This document shows positions 1 through 8,400 of a DNA stretch of 20,036 nucleotides, one piece after another. Every line of letters begins with the position of its first letter. Position 1 is the stretch's first letter. The DNA comes from an uncultured archaeon. GTDB taxonomy: Archaea > Asgardarchaeota > Lokiarchaeia > Sigyniarchaeales > SOKP01. The notes below the pieces were generated by a model, which worked only from the letters and a program-made list of their open reading frames with translations, ran no database searches and had not been told where the DNA came from. The position numbers and the translations under genes are program-made. The stretch spans positions 1 to 20,036 of the forward strand of contig CAZDTP010000063.1 in assembly GCA_964508365.1 (NCBI GenBank). Direction: 5' to 3'.

Positions 1-437
1 TTTAAGTTAATTGGATAATAGAAAGACTCCCCCCTATCACCAATTGAATCGGGAGTTGCATTAAAAGAACCAGTAGTCCAGTCCCAATTGCTCGTATTAT
101 ATTGGGTTATATCCAATAATCCCAATCCAAATACCGGAAAAATTTGGGTTGACGGATCGAATTTTGCACTGAAATTTACGGCGGTTACAAGAGATTTCTT
201 TTGAGCTCCCTCAATTAAACAGCCTACACCAAAAAAACCTTCCATAGTAGAATTATAACTTGCACCAAATAAATCTTCCAAGCTTGAGTTATCAGCAGTC
301 CTGACTTTTAAAGTCTTTATGTTTCCTGCTGCTCCGTGGAAGGTATATGTACCAACTTGCGGAGTGACTGTTGGAGTAAATGAAAAAGCTATTGAAAATG
401 TAATTAAAATCAGTATTATTATCTTCGTTTTTTTCAT
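1..437 (-). CDS. Secreted/surface protein of unknown function, 5' part only (runs off the window edge; not in the ORF track)
   Basis: Manual translation from ATG at 437 is open to position 1: MKKTKIIILILITFSIAFSFTPTVTPQVGTYTFHGAAGNIKTLKVRTADNSSLEDLFGASYNSTMEGFFGVGCLIEGAQKKSLVTAVNFSAKFDPSTQIFPVFGLGLLDITQYNTSNWDWTTGSFNATPDSIGDRGESFYYPINL. Basic N-terminus plus hydrophobic stretch resembles a signal peptide; five N-x-S/T sequons. Confidence 0.8.
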   Translation of the reverse strand, partial: MKKTKIIILILITFSIAFSFTPTVTPQVGTYTFHGAAGNIKTLKVRTADNSSLEDLFGASYNSTMEGFFGVGCLIEGAQKKSLVTAVNFSAKFDPSTQIFPVFGLGLLDITQYNTSNWDWTTGSFNATPDSIGDRGESFYYPINL

Positions 438-649
438 TTTTAACCCTAAATTTTTATTTTGTAATTAAATTTGTAATTAATCTATATTTTACGGGGTATC
501 TATATAAATATTACTCTAAGTGACAAAGCGAGGAATTAGCTAAACATTATTGTAAAATTTCACTAACTCATAATCATATATCTAAATTAACATTTGAATA
601 AATTTTTTGAAAGGAAAATTTATTAAATAAAAAGGGAGTATTTTAGTAT

Positions 650-1426
650 ATGGACCTTTATTCTCCGGAAAAAAACATAGAAATTTACTATCAAATTAGT
701 GGAAATGAAAATGGCCCTAAAATGGTCTTAATTCATGGTCTCTTCTTAAATAGCGATTGTTGGAAATTTCAACTTGCTGTTTTTGAGTCAAAATTTCACG
801 TATTGAGGTTCGATCTCCGCGGTCACGGAAGATCCACCAAACCTAAGAAGCGATTTACTATTCGTAATTATGTAGATGATATGTTTGGTCTATTAAATCA
901 TATTAATTGGATTAATGAACTTTACTTGGTAGGACATTCATTAGGAGGCATGATTGCTTTAGTTTATGGCCTTGAAAATCCATCTCATGTTAAAAAAATG
1001 GTAGTAGCAGATAGTTTCTGTTATATTAGCCAAGAAGCTATTACAGATGTATTAGGACGGGTCAATAGTAGTAAATTGGAAAATTTTGCTATAGGAATTA
1101 GTGTAAGAGGATTAACTCCTTATGATGATGAAATAGCAAATTTTGTGGCAAAGTTAGTAACAGATCATATGACAAAAAAAGACTGTTTACAAGCAACAGC
1201 AGCTTCCGCAGGATTTAATATATGTGAGAATTTAAAGGCTCTTAATATTCCGGCTTTAATTCTGGTCGGAAAAAAAGACATTACTACTCCAGTTTGGGCA
1301 AGTGAGATGATTCATGAATGGCTCCCACAATCGGAATTAATAATCATTCCAGATGCAGGACATTTAATCATACTCGATCATCCTAATGAATTTAATGAGC
1401 TCGTACTTTCTTTTTGGAAAAAATGA
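650..1426 (+). CDS. Alpha/beta-fold hydrolase (3-oxoadipate enol-lactonase/esterase-like)
   Basis: LIHGL oxyanion motif, FDLRGHGRS, nucleophile elbow GHSLGG (Ser), GKKDITTP (Asp), DAGHL (His). Substrate cannot be determined from sequence. Confidence 0.9.
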   Translation: MDLYSPEKNIEIYYQISGNENGPKMVLIHGLFLNSDCWKFQLAVFESKFHVLRFDLRGHGRSTKPKKRFTIRNYVDDMFGLLNHINWINELYLVGHSLGGMIALVYGLENPSHVKKMVVADSFCYISQEAITDVLGRVNSSKLENFAIGISVRGLTPYDDEIANFVAKLVTDHMTKKDCLQATAASAGFNICENLKALNIPALILVGKKDITTPVWASEMIHEWLPQSELIIIPDAGHLIILDHPNEFNELVLSFWKK

Positions 1427-1452
1427 TAAGAATTGTTAATTAATGAATAAAC

Positions 1453-2481
1453 CTAATCCGAAGAACCCCATCTAATAACTCCAGCATTCCACGCCCATCC
1501 AATTCCTGCTGATACTATTACAATAAGATCTCCATTTTTGATTTTTCCATCCCTAATTCCGTATTCAATAGAAATTATTCCGTCATTTTGTCCATTGTGA
1601 CCAATATCTTCAAGGTAAGTTGATTGAGTATAAGGATCTACACCAACGGTTTTAGCTACATACTCAAATGCACTTCTTTTCATGTGCAATAAAGCTAAAT
1701 AATTAATATCTTCACGTGTATAACCAGATTGTGCTAAGGCTTTATCAATTACCCTTACAAACGAATCCATAGAGTATTTATCCAATCTATCTTTTAAACC
1801 TTCAGAATCAGGAACATCTAAATAAAGCAATCCATCAGCCAAAGCTTTTGAAGTAATAGGTTGAATCGTACCTCCTGCTGGAATGTAGACATCATCGGCA
1901 AATCTACCATCTGAAATAGCACTAATACCTAAAATTTCATTTCTTTTGTAATCAGCACGAATAATGGCAGCTACCCCACTTGCTGCTAAACTAATCATGA
2001 ATCTGGATCTCGGATTTTTATAATTAATCAAATCACAATTCCTATAACCACTTGCGACCAGAATTCTATTGATATTCGGGTCTGTTTGAATTAAACTTTT
2101 TGCGACTAACATTCCTACTAAAAAGGTTCCACAACGCTGATTAACATCAAAAGCCCAAGAATTCATCGGGTTTCCTAGTAATTGTTGAAGTTTTATACCA
2201 TTTACCACCATCGGTCGTTCAGCATAGACTTCTCCAGCCCAAATAATTACATCAATATCCTCGGGTGTAATATCAGCTCTTTTAAGGGCTTGAAAACTCG
2301 CATTAGCACCCATTTGGACCGTGTGATCTTCAGGTCCTGGAATAGACTTTCCTAAAAGTCCAAATTTTTCTTCAATAATATTTTTAGGAATTCCAGTCTC
2401 TTTGGATATATATCCACTAGTATGCCTCTCTTTAGGAATATATACTCCCCATGCTTCTAATCCAACGGAACGATTCTCCAC
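1453..2481 (-). CDS. 3-oxoacyl-ACP synthase III (FabH)-like condensing enzyme, atypical subfamily
   Basis: Thiolase-fold motifs: catalytic Cys in NQRCGT, His in LLHMKRS, GHNGQND where FabH has GNxSxA, and C-terminal DGDLIV-like KNGDLIVIVSAGIGWAW. GTG start at 2481 has AGGTGA 7 nt upstream. Confidence 0.85.
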   Translation of the reverse strand: MENRSVGLEAWGVYIPKERHTSGYISKETGIPKNIIEEKFGLLGKSIPGPEDHTVQMGANASFQALKRADITPEDIDVIIWAGEVYAERPMVVNGIKLQQLLGNPMNSWAFDVNQRCGTFLVGMLVAKSLIQTDPNINRILVASGYRNCDLINYKNPRSRFMISLAASGVAAIIRADYKRNEILGISAISDGRFADDVYIPAGGTIQPITSKALADGLLYLDVPDSEGLKDRLDKYSMDSFVRVIDKALAQSGYTREDINYLALLHMKRSAFEYVAKTVGVDPYTQSTYLEDIGHNGQNDGIISIEYGIRDGKIKNGDLIVIVSAGIGWAWNAGVIRWGSSD

Positions 2482-2488
2482 CTAAGAT

Positions 2489-2495
2489 TCACCTA
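2489..2495 (-). promoter_or_regulatory. Shine-Dalgarno-like TAGGTGA overlapping the upstream stop codon
   Basis: Minus strand reads TAG(stop of acyl-CoA ligase)-GTGA-ATCTTAG-GTG(start at 2481). Confidence 0.65.
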
Positions 2496-4043
2496 TTTTA
2501 ATTCTCTTTTTAATATTTTACCGGTTGCACTCAATGGTAATGAATCTCTTATTTCAAAATATTTAGGAACTTTATATTTTGCGAGTTTAGTTGCTAGATA
2601 CTTTCGAATTTCTTCAGGTTTTAGAGAATTTCCTTGTTTTAAGGTTAAAAATGCCTTTCCAACTTCGCCCCATTTTTCATCGGGAACCCCTATAACAGCT
2701 GCAAGATCAACAGCGGGGTGTTTAAAGAGTATTTCTTCTATTTCAACAGGGAAGATATTTTCTCCCCCACTAATATACATTTCCTTCCTACGTCCTACAA
2801 TGTAATAAAATCCATCCTCATCCTGCATAACCAAATCTCCAGTATGAACCCACCCATCTTGTTCAATAGTTTTTCTCGTCTCCTCGGGTTCTTCCCAATA
2901 TCCAGAAAAAATATGAGGCCCTTTTAATAATAATTCCCCTACTTCACCTTTTTTTACATCGTTATTTGTTTTAGTATCAATAATCCTCGTATCGCAGTGG
3001 AAAACAGGTAATCCTACTGAAGTTGGTCTTTTTTTAATTTCTTTCTCAGGTAAGTAAAAATTATTTGGTCCCACTTCAGTTAATCCATACCCCATTTTAA
3101 AAGGTTTATTCTTTGCCCAGTATCTTTCCATAATTGCAACGGGACAAGGAGCACCTCCAGAAATAAATATTTTGACGGAATCAAAATTAGTTTCTTTAAA
3201 CAATGGCGAATTCGCCATAGCGTGAAACATTGTGGGGACGCCTATTACAACTGTACTTTTTTCGCGCTCAATAACTTTTATTGTTTCTTCTGGATCAAAA
3301 TCTCCCATTAATATAGTTTTTGCTCCAAGATGATAAAAAGGAACAAGAAGAACATTCCAACCTCCAGTATGAAATAAAGGAAATAATAGGGGTTGAATAT
3401 CTTCGGGTGTTAAACTCCAAGACAAAATTGTATTCACAGAATTCCAAAAGATTAATCGATGGGGAATTACCGCCCCTTTAGGTAGTCCAGTAGTACCACC
3501 TGTAAACAATATAAGATGAGGGTCCTCAAAATTTATAATAGGACGCTCAACTTTAGAACTTGATACTTTCTCTGTCATTTTTTGAGTTGTTCTATCATCT
3601 AAAATTGATTTTTTGCCCATTACAACATTTTTTTTAATCAAATTCGTTTCCTTAACTTCGAGTGCTTTTTCTTCTAATCTCGGTTCATAAAAAAATATTG
3701 AAGGAGATGTTTTTATAATTAAATATTCAAGTTCTTGAGTAGATAACCGTATATTGAAAGGAACGAGAATCGCTCCGATTTTTCCTGTTGCTAGAAACAA
3801 ATCTAAGCATTCTATTCTATTAGTAGAAAACATTGCTACACGATCGCCTTTAGATATACCCTCGTTTAATAAAACGCGTGCTAATTGATTTGCTCTTAAG
3901 TTAAGATCATTAAAAGTATAAAGGTTTTTTTCAATGTTATCAAATAAAGCTTCCCGGTTTGGCGTTAAAATAGCACGCTTTTCAGCCCAATCGCCTATCC
4001 ATTTAAATTCAGTTAAAATTTCAAATTTTCCAGCTTTAAACAT
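2493..4043 (-). CDS. Acyl-CoA synthetase / long-chain fatty acid-CoA ligase (ANL adenylation superfamily)
   Basis: P-loop LFTGGTTGLPKGA, GYGLTE, HTGD, GRRKEMYISGGENIFPVEIE, terminal GKILKREL lysine. Start placed at ATG 4043 because the track's GTG at 4055 is part of an AGGTGA SD motif lying 8 nt upstream of this ATG. Confidence 0.9.
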   Translation of the reverse strand: MFKAGKFEILTEFKWIGDWAEKRAILTPNREALFDNIEKNLYTFNDLNLRANQLARVLLNEGISKGDRVAMFSTNRIECLDLFLATGKIGAILVPFNIRLSTQELEYLIIKTSPSIFFYEPRLEEKALEVKETNLIKKNVVMGKKSILDDRTTQKMTEKVSSSKVERPIINFEDPHLILFTGGTTGLPKGAVIPHRLIFWNSVNTILSWSLTPEDIQPLLFPLFHTGGWNVLLVPFYHLGAKTILMGDFDPEETIKVIEREKSTVVIGVPTMFHAMANSPLFKETNFDSVKIFISGGAPCPVAIMERYWAKNKPFKMGYGLTEVGPNNFYLPEKEIKKRPTSVGLPVFHCDTRIIDTKTNNDVKKGEVGELLLKGPHIFSGYWEEPEETRKTIEQDGWVHTGDLVMQDEDGFYYIVGRRKEMYISGGENIFPVEIEEILFKHPAVDLAAVIGVPDEKWGEVGKAFLTLKQGNSLKPEEIRKYLATKLAKYKVPKYFEIRDSLPLSATGKILKRELK

Positions 4044-4051
4044 TGTGGAAA

Positions 4052-4058
4052 TCACCTA
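4052..4058 (-). promoter_or_regulatory. Shine-Dalgarno-like TAGGTGA overlapping the upstream stop codon
   Basis: Minus strand reads TAG(stop of membrane protein)-GTGA-TTTCCACA-ATG(4043). Confidence 0.65.
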
Positions 4059-5267
4059 TACTGCTCTATATATAGGCCATTTTCTCCAAACATAAGCAAA
4101 CAATATTTCAATCCAAAGGAACCACAAAAGAAATGGAGTAGGATTCATTACCCAGAAATTTGTTTTATCTCCAAATAAAAATGGCGATAACAGATAATAT
4201 CCAAGAAAACTCAACGTTCCAATGCCTATAACCAACAAAAATCTAAAAAGAAAATTCTTCCATTGAGTATATTTTTTTGGCCAATTGTCAAAGAATAAAG
4301 ATACTAATACTATAGCACAAACGAGAAATATAGCATATGTAATACTCATCATATACCAACCTTTGAGTCTAGTTACTGGATCCGGTGGTATTCCTCCAAT
4401 CGCAACAAAAAAGGGATCAAAAAGATTCTGGACGATACTAGGGAAGAAATAAGAAACGAGTAGACCTAATAATGTACATGAAATAAATGCAATGATTCCC
4501 ATAAACGGTTGTTTTCTACCTAATTTACTCCATGGCCAGTATTCAAATACCATAAGAGTAAGAAGGGAAAAAAAAATTAACCATTGTGTCCATCCTAATG
4601 AAAAAGCGTAACTGGGAAAGGTGGTTATCGGTTTAACTGCGCTAGCTTCAGAAGTAGCTAATCTTTCACCTGCAGGTAAAAATAACAAAAACCAAACAAT
4701 TAAAGTTATTGCATTTCCAATAATCCAAATTATAATACCACGTTTAGGTTGTTTGATCTTAAAAAATGGCCAATACATAGTACCAGCAACCCAGAGGACG
4801 CCAAAAGAAAAACAAGAACCACTTAAAGCCCCAAAAATTGAAGCCCCAACAAACCATGCTATATAAGGATTGGTAATTTCACTACTGTAAATTGAATTAA
4901 AAAATGGAAGCAATACTAAAGCAAAAATAATAATAATTAGTGCATTAATTGCAGTTCCAACAAGCCCTACTTTCCATGGAGTTCGAAACCAATTATAATA
5001 AGGCCAATTTTCAAACCAAATTGCCCAAACTACCCCAATTAACCCAAATCCACCAATAACAGTTGCCCATGCGGTTATTTCCATGTCCCATAATGGTAAA
5101 GGATTATGTAATCGTGGATCAAAGAAAATCCACCAAGTGATCAGACTTATTAAGAAAACTATTAAAATAGAAAGCAATCCTGCTTTTGGTTGCTTATAAC
5201 GAGCCATTACAATTAAAGGTGCCTCATCTGCTGAAGGAATTCCAATTTTTTCTCCTGCTAAAGCCAT
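4056..5267 (-). CDS. Polytopic membrane protein (about 10 TM, five internal repeats), putative transporter
   Basis: About ten hydrophobic segments with recurring xxWP motifs (FENWP, TMYWP, FEYWP, FDNWP, WRKWP) and QP/TP..G motifs; SD-like GAGGGT upstream of the ATG. Transport function is inferred from operon context. Confidence 0.7.
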   Translation of the reverse strand: MALAGEKIGIPSADEAPLIVMARYKQPKAGLLSILIVFLISLITWWIFFDPRLHNPLPLWDMEITAWATVIGGFGLIGVVWAIWFENWPYYNWFRTPWKVGLVGTAINALIIIIFALVLLPFFNSIYSSEITNPYIAWFVGASIFGALSGSCFSFGVLWVAGTMYWPFFKIKQPKRGIIIWIIGNAITLIVWFLLFLPAGERLATSEASAVKPITTFPSYAFSLGWTQWLIFFSLLTLMVFEYWPWSKLGRKQPFMGIIAFISCTLLGLLVSYFFPSIVQNLFDPFFVAIGGIPPDPVTRLKGWYMMSITYAIFLVCAIVLVSLFFDNWPKKYTQWKNFLFRFLLVIGIGTLSFLGYYLLSPFLFGDKTNFWVMNPTPFLLWFLWIEILFAYVWRKWPIYRAV

Positions 5268-5363
5268 AATTTTACCCTCTTTATTTTCAATATAATGAAA
5301 TTAATTTAATTTTTATAAATACTAATAATTTATTGCTTCTATGTTATTTAAAAATATTTTCAC

Positions 5364-6569
5364 TTAAATTTGAATTAACTCATAATCAGTCGATCCAATT
5401 CTATTTTGAAGAGATGCTTCAAATTGCCTAACTGGATTTAGCATCCCGAGCATAGCCTTAAACTTCTCAACCCCTTGTTCTATTGGTTTTGTCCATTGAC
5501 CATTTTGTTTTAAAATTGGAAGCCCTGGAGCCTTAGTTTCCGCATCAAAACAAGCTTTATCTATAGCAACTGGGTCTGAAGAACCAAAAATACCTAGATC
5601 CGGAACAACTACCATTCCGGGATTAGGCACGCAATCACACATGAGAGGGATATCCAACGCAAAATTAATATAACGGATATTCTCAGCACCAAAAGAACTG
5701 ATAACAGCTGTAGCATTGTCGATGAATCGATCTATAAATTCATTCACATCATTCATTTTGGGCTTTTTAATTGCTCTATTAATTGGACAGTTCAGAAAAC
5801 ACATGAAACACCCGTAACAAAGCTCAGCATCTATTAAAGCATTCTCATCTTCGATTTTGATTGCTTTTACTGGACAAGAACTAATGCACTCTTGCTTACA
5901 TTGAGAAACGTCACATTTTCTTTCATTTATTTTTAGCATATCATCCGCGTGGGCTAAATGCTTATTATGTTTTGTTACACATCCAATTCCAAGTTGTTTT
6001 AGTGCACCACCAAATCCTGCTTGAGGATGTCCTTTAAAATGAGAAATAACTAGAAGCTTATCGTAATTATATAGATATTTAGCTACCGAAACGCTTTTTA
6101 ATGTTATTCCGTTAATTTCTATAATTTTTCTTTCGATTCCTTGTTCCCCATCAATAAATTTGAGTGGGGCTCCAACTATGGTTTCATCATAACCATGTAA
6201 TTTAGCAATTTCTTGGTGCTCTGAAGCATTTTTCCTATGACCTATACAAATCGTGTAATCATCGTGAATTTCGATCTTTTCAAGATGATTCCCACCCCCT
6301 TGAGTTTCAACTAAGGTTGGAATTGCTCCTAAAGATTTAACGGCTTTGACTACTTCATGTACATAATCGTGTCGTAAATAATGGGTGTTCAGGGCTTCCC
6401 CTACGTGGACTTTAATCGCAACTTTATCTCCCGATTCAATATTATCTAAAATTTTATCCAAAATAAGTCGAGTTTTTACTAATTTATTTGTTACCATATT
6501 CTTTGAAGTATTGTTCATAGCCGCTACTTCATTGGGAGGTGCCCAGTATACAATAGTATTATCCGACAA
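5364..6569 (-). CDS. DUF362 family Fe-S protein with a 4Fe-4S dicluster ferredoxin-type domain
   Basis: VAIKVHVGE, SHFKGHPQAGFGGALKQLGIGC, Cys clusters CDVSQCKQECISSCP and CYGCFMCFLNCP, MCDC, GSSDPVAIDKAC. Confidence 0.85.
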   Translation of the reverse strand: MSDNTIVYWAPPNEVAAMNNTSKNMVTNKLVKTRLILDKILDNIESGDKVAIKVHVGEALNTHYLRHDYVHEVVKAVKSLGAIPTLVETQGGGNHLEKIEIHDDYTICIGHRKNASEHQEIAKLHGYDETIVGAPLKFIDGEQGIERKIIEINGITLKSVSVAKYLYNYDKLLVISHFKGHPQAGFGGALKQLGIGCVTKHNKHLAHADDMLKINERKCDVSQCKQECISSCPVKAIKIEDENALIDAELCYGCFMCFLNCPINRAIKKPKMNDVNEFIDRFIDNATAVISSFGAENIRYINFALDIPLMCDCVPNPGMVVVPDLGIFGSSDPVAIDKACFDAETKAPGLPILKQNGQWTKPIEQGVEKFKAMLGMLNPVRQFEASLQNRIGSTDYELIQI

Positions 6570-6670
6570 GATAAATTTTGTTCAATTGTTAGTTAAATAA
6601 GAAATTATTATTTTTATATTAAAGGAACAATTTAATCTATTAAAAATAAAATCATTGTTTTTTTTTAATC

Positions 6671-8398
6671 ATGAATGAAAATAAACGCTCAAAAAATTAT
6701 ACGAATGGCACTATTGGTTTTCTACTACTTTTGATAGTTTTAATTGCATTATTGGCATGGATAACTTATGGTACATTCGATGGTATAATAGGTACTCTTG
6801 CATTTACAATTGTTGGTATGTTAAATGTGTTTCCTTGGTTTATACCATTCGTAGGAATTCCACTAGGAATTTTAGACACTCTTGGGATTTTTGGTTTTGG
6901 AATGTATAATATAACTTTAAATATTGCTCATTTGAGTTCTAGCTGGATGACGGTTGTTTGGTTTTGGATAATAGGGATTCTTGGGAGTATTATAGATATT
7001 ATACTAATGTATGTCGCAATTTCGAGGTTAAAAAAATTAAAATACCGGAAAAAAGAACCTCACTCGAATTATGCTCTTGTAAATTGCAGCATTATTGATG
7101 GAAATATTAATAATCCTGTAATCAAAAAGGGAGTAGTGCTTATTAAAAATATCGTGGGAGAAGGAAAAATTCCTGGTTTAATTAATGGCGTAGGAACTGA
7201 TGAAGAGATTGAAATTCCTGATGATTATAAGGTTATTGATTTAAATGACGGATTTGTTTTACCAGGTTTAATAAATGCTCACTGTCATTTAACAGGGAGT
7301 GGTAAACCTATGAAAATCATGAATTTGAGTGATAAGGCTCAAGAAAAATTAGCAATAGTAATGAAAACGTGGATCGGTAAAAAGATACTCAAAAACATGA
7401 TGATTAAAAACACTACCAATGCTTTAAATGCTGGAGTGACAACTTTGAGATCTATGTCAGATCCATTCTACTTAGATTTAGAACTCAGGAACGAAATCAA
7501 CAATGGAAAGTATATCGGATCAAGGTTAGTATGTGCTGGGATGGGCATCTGTATAACTGGAGGTCATGGTGGATTGATTGCGTATGTTGCCGATTCACCA
7601 ACTGAAGTTAAAAAAGCGGTCCGGAAGAACTTAAGAGCAGAAGTAGATTTCATAAAAATTCTCTCAACAGGAGGTGTTATGGATTCTGTAAAAGTCGGAG
7701 AAGCTGGCAGACCTCAAATGACCATAGAAGAAATTGAAACTGCTTGTTTTGAAGCTCATCGTGGTGGAATATTAGTAGCAACTCATTGTGAATCAACCCA
7801 TGGGATAAAAGAAGCCCTCTTAGGAGGTGTAGATAGCATTGAACATGGTGCAGAAATTCCTGATGAGTTAGTTCCGTTATTTAAAAAAAATCCAAAATCT
7901 CTGCGAGGATTCACTACTCTTACTTCTACTGTATCTGCGGGTATGGGAATGGCAGTGCTATCTAAAGAAGAAACGAAAATTACGGATGTGAAAAAAGAAA
8001 ACGCAGTATTGATAGAAAAAGGGATGATTAATGGACTTCAAAAGGCATATAAAGAGGGTATAAAATTAACGGTAGGTACAGATGCATCAGTTCCTTACTC
8101 AACACACTATAATGTATGGAAGGAATTAAAGTATTTCATGGAATATACGGGAATGTCGGCTCAAGAAGCTATCCATTACGCTACTAAAGGCAATGCAGAC
8201 AATATTGGAATAGGTGATGTTACCGGGAGTATTGAGGTTGGAAAATTTGCCGATATCCAAGTAGTTCAAAATAATCCCCTAGAAAACATTGATTCCTTAG
8301 GAAATGTTACGATGGTTTTTATCAAAGGACATCAGATTAAAAATCCAAAAGTGAAAAAAGTGAAGAACTTAACTGATTTCGAACGTCTTGAGCTATAA
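6671..8398 (+). CDS. Metal-dependent amidohydrolase (Xaa-Pro dipeptidase/imidazolonepropionase-like) fused to an N-terminal multi-TM domain
   Basis: LPGLINAHCHL (HxH), GVTTLRS, ITGGHG, FIKI (carbamylated Lys position), ATHCES, SIEHG, VGTDA, GSIEVGKFAD. The first roughly 120 aa are hydrophobic with 3-4 TM helices. Confidence 0.88.
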   Translation: MNENKRSKNYTNGTIGFLLLLIVLIALLAWITYGTFDGIIGTLAFTIVGMLNVFPWFIPFVGIPLGILDTLGIFGFGMYNITLNIAHLSSSWMTVVWFWIIGILGSIIDIILMYVAISRLKKLKYRKKEPHSNYALVNCSIIDGNINNPVIKKGVVLIKNIVGEGKIPGLINGVGTDEEIEIPDDYKVIDLNDGFVLPGLINAHCHLTGSGKPMKIMNLSDKAQEKLAIVMKTWIGKKILKNMMIKNTTNALNAGVTTLRSMSDPFYLDLELRNEINNGKYIGSRLVCAGMGICITGGHGGLIAYVADSPTEVKKAVRKNLRAEVDFIKILSTGGVMDSVKVGEAGRPQMTIEEIETACFEAHRGGILVATHCESTHGIKEALLGGVDSIEHGAEIPDELVPLFKKNPKSLRGFTTLTSTVSAGMGMAVLSKEETKITDVKKENAVLIEKGMINGLQKAYKEGIKLTVGTDASVPYSTHYNVWKELKYFMEYTGMSAQEAIHYATKGNADNIGIGDVTGSIEVGKFADIQVVQNNPLENIDSLGNVTMVFIKGHQIKNPKVKKVKNLTDFERLEL

Positions 8399-8400
8399 AA

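Noticed and set aside
458-480. Tandem TTTGTAATTAA repeat (458-468, 470-480) upstream of the secreted protein
   Set aside because: Only two copies of a very AT-rich 11-mer; plausible by chance or slippage in an AT-rich intergenic region.
650-4043. Calling the hydrolase/FabH-like/ligase trio an oleABC olefin biosynthesis cluster
   Set aside because: The hydrolase has a Ser nucleophile (GHSLGG) rather than the Asp (DWG) of OleB, no OleD-type reductase is present, and the synthase lacks the OleA C-H-N pattern. It is an analogy only.
2493-4043. Gene symbol menE or fadD for the ligase
   Set aside because: ANL motifs do not specify the substrate and there are no other menaquinone genes in the window.
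2718-6600. Track ORFs 2718..2927(+), 4621..4866(+) and 6385..6600(+)
   Set aside because: Antisense shadows of well-supported genes with no recognisable motifs.
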